Shown here: positions 31,564 to 32,000 of the stretch, piece by piece | Layout: every line of letters starts with the position of its first letter | Numbering within the stretch: position 1 is the first letter of the stretch | NCBI RefSeq assembly: GCF_008065095.1 | Contig: NZ_CP042911.1 | Span: forward strand, 7,260,001 to 7,292,000 | Source: Gemmata obscuriglobus | GTDB taxonomy: Bacteria > Planctomycetota > Planctomycetia > Gemmatales > Gemmataceae | Reading direction: 5' to 3' | DNA: 32,000 bases | The notes under the pieces: generated by a model | What the model was told of the DNA's origin: nothing | The model's input: only the letters and a program-made list of their open reading frames with translations | The model's database searches: none | Position numbers and translations under genes: made by a program

Positions 31564-32000
31564 ATGGGACTCTTGAGCCGTTTGTTCAAGGCCGCATCGG
31601 GAGCGACAGGCGACGTCACCAGCCCCCCTTCGCACACCGGGCACCGGTTGCCCATCGAAGTGCCGGTCCAGATCCTCGACGCGATTAAATTCAACGTCAT
31701 GTACTGCGACACGCAGTTCGTGATCCGGTACGCCAACCCGGCGACCATACAAACGCTCAAGCGACTTCAGCAATATTTGCCGATCCCCGCGGAATCGCTT
31801 GTGGGCAGTTCGATCGATGTGTTCCACAAGCGCCCGGCGCACCAGCGAGGGGTGCTGGCGAGCGCGAGCACGATCCCCCCGGTGACGAACATCCGTGTTG
31901 GGCCGGAAACGCTCGAGTTGCGCGTTCAACCGGTGTTCTCCGTTACGGGCGCTCGGCTCGGGACGCTCGTCACCTGGGACGTGATCACCCGGCAACTGGA
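31564..32000 (+). CDS. PAS-domain sensor, N-terminal part (methyl-accepting chemotaxis protein type), running off the window
   Basis: This frame is not in the ORF track because it has no stop inside the window. The ATG at 31564 is preceded by AGAGGA. My translation reads MGLLSRLFKAASG...ILDAIKFNVMYCDTQFVIRYANPATIQTLKRLQQYLPIPAESLVGSSIDVFHKRPAHQRGVLAS...LGTLVTWDVITRQL. It matches the PAS module (N.M..D....I.Y.N......L.G..ID.FHK.P.HQR) found at the N-terminus of many soluble MCPs. Confidence 0.7.
   Translation, partial: MGLLSRLFKAASGATGDVTSPPSHTGHRLPIEVPVQILDAIKFNVMYCDTQFVIRYANPATIQTLKRLQQYLPIPAESLVGSSIDVFHKRPAHQRGVLASASTIPPVTNIRVGPETLELRVQPVFSVTGARLGTLVTWDVITRQL

Noticed and set aside
31471-31995. 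174-aa minus-strand ORF at the window end
   Set aside because: It is antisense to a plus-strand frame that has an RBS and a clear MCP-type PAS signature, and its own translation is Arg-rich with no motifs.

Overview
This is a high-GC bacterial chromosomal segment, roughly 65-70% GC on the left and visibly lower to the right of about 17.6 kb (judged by eye, not computed). The gene content fits a planctomycete of the Gemmata/Gemmataceae type. That is an inference from an Alternative Complex III operon, a PVC-type CxxCH heme-binding dehydrogenase, a TIGR03067-type domain protein and planctomycete-style secreted-protein leaders. I can support about 24 CDSs. They include actD(partial)-actC-actB-actA on the minus strand, a translationally coupled periplasmic-binding-protein/histidine-kinase pair, a nudix-membrane protein-ung cluster, and an SdrD-B-type secreted protein. 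They also include a coupled Cys-phosphatase/LptF-G-type permease pair, an SGNH-like protein next to a 1166-aa heme-binding dehydrogenase-like protein, and an orphan CbiM-like protein. The rest are a MutS2 paralogue, a TIGR03067 protein, a SAM methyltransferase, tsaD, a membrane Ser/Thr kinase, a DUF4240 protein and the 5' end of a PAS/MCP-type sensor. I see no rRNA, tRNA, CRISPR array, transposase, integrase or recognisable defence gene, so I cannot defend a claim of a new gene-encoded system. The least explained structures are non-coding. (1) A roughly 41-bp GC-rich repeat family fills two convergent-gene gaps as nested direct and inverted copies, 8 copies in all. (2) A second repeat family with a perfect 27-bp-stem hairpin occurs twice and brackets about 0.7 kb of gene-free DNA. 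(3) A 1.2-kb low-GC gene-free island lies between divergent operons. Several proteins have atypical architectures: MutS2 without Smr, an SGNH fold with substituted catalytic residues, UNG with an N-terminal extension, and a kinase with a membrane domain N-terminal to the catalytic domain. Start codons were chosen by homology logic and RBS inspection, so several are uncertain.
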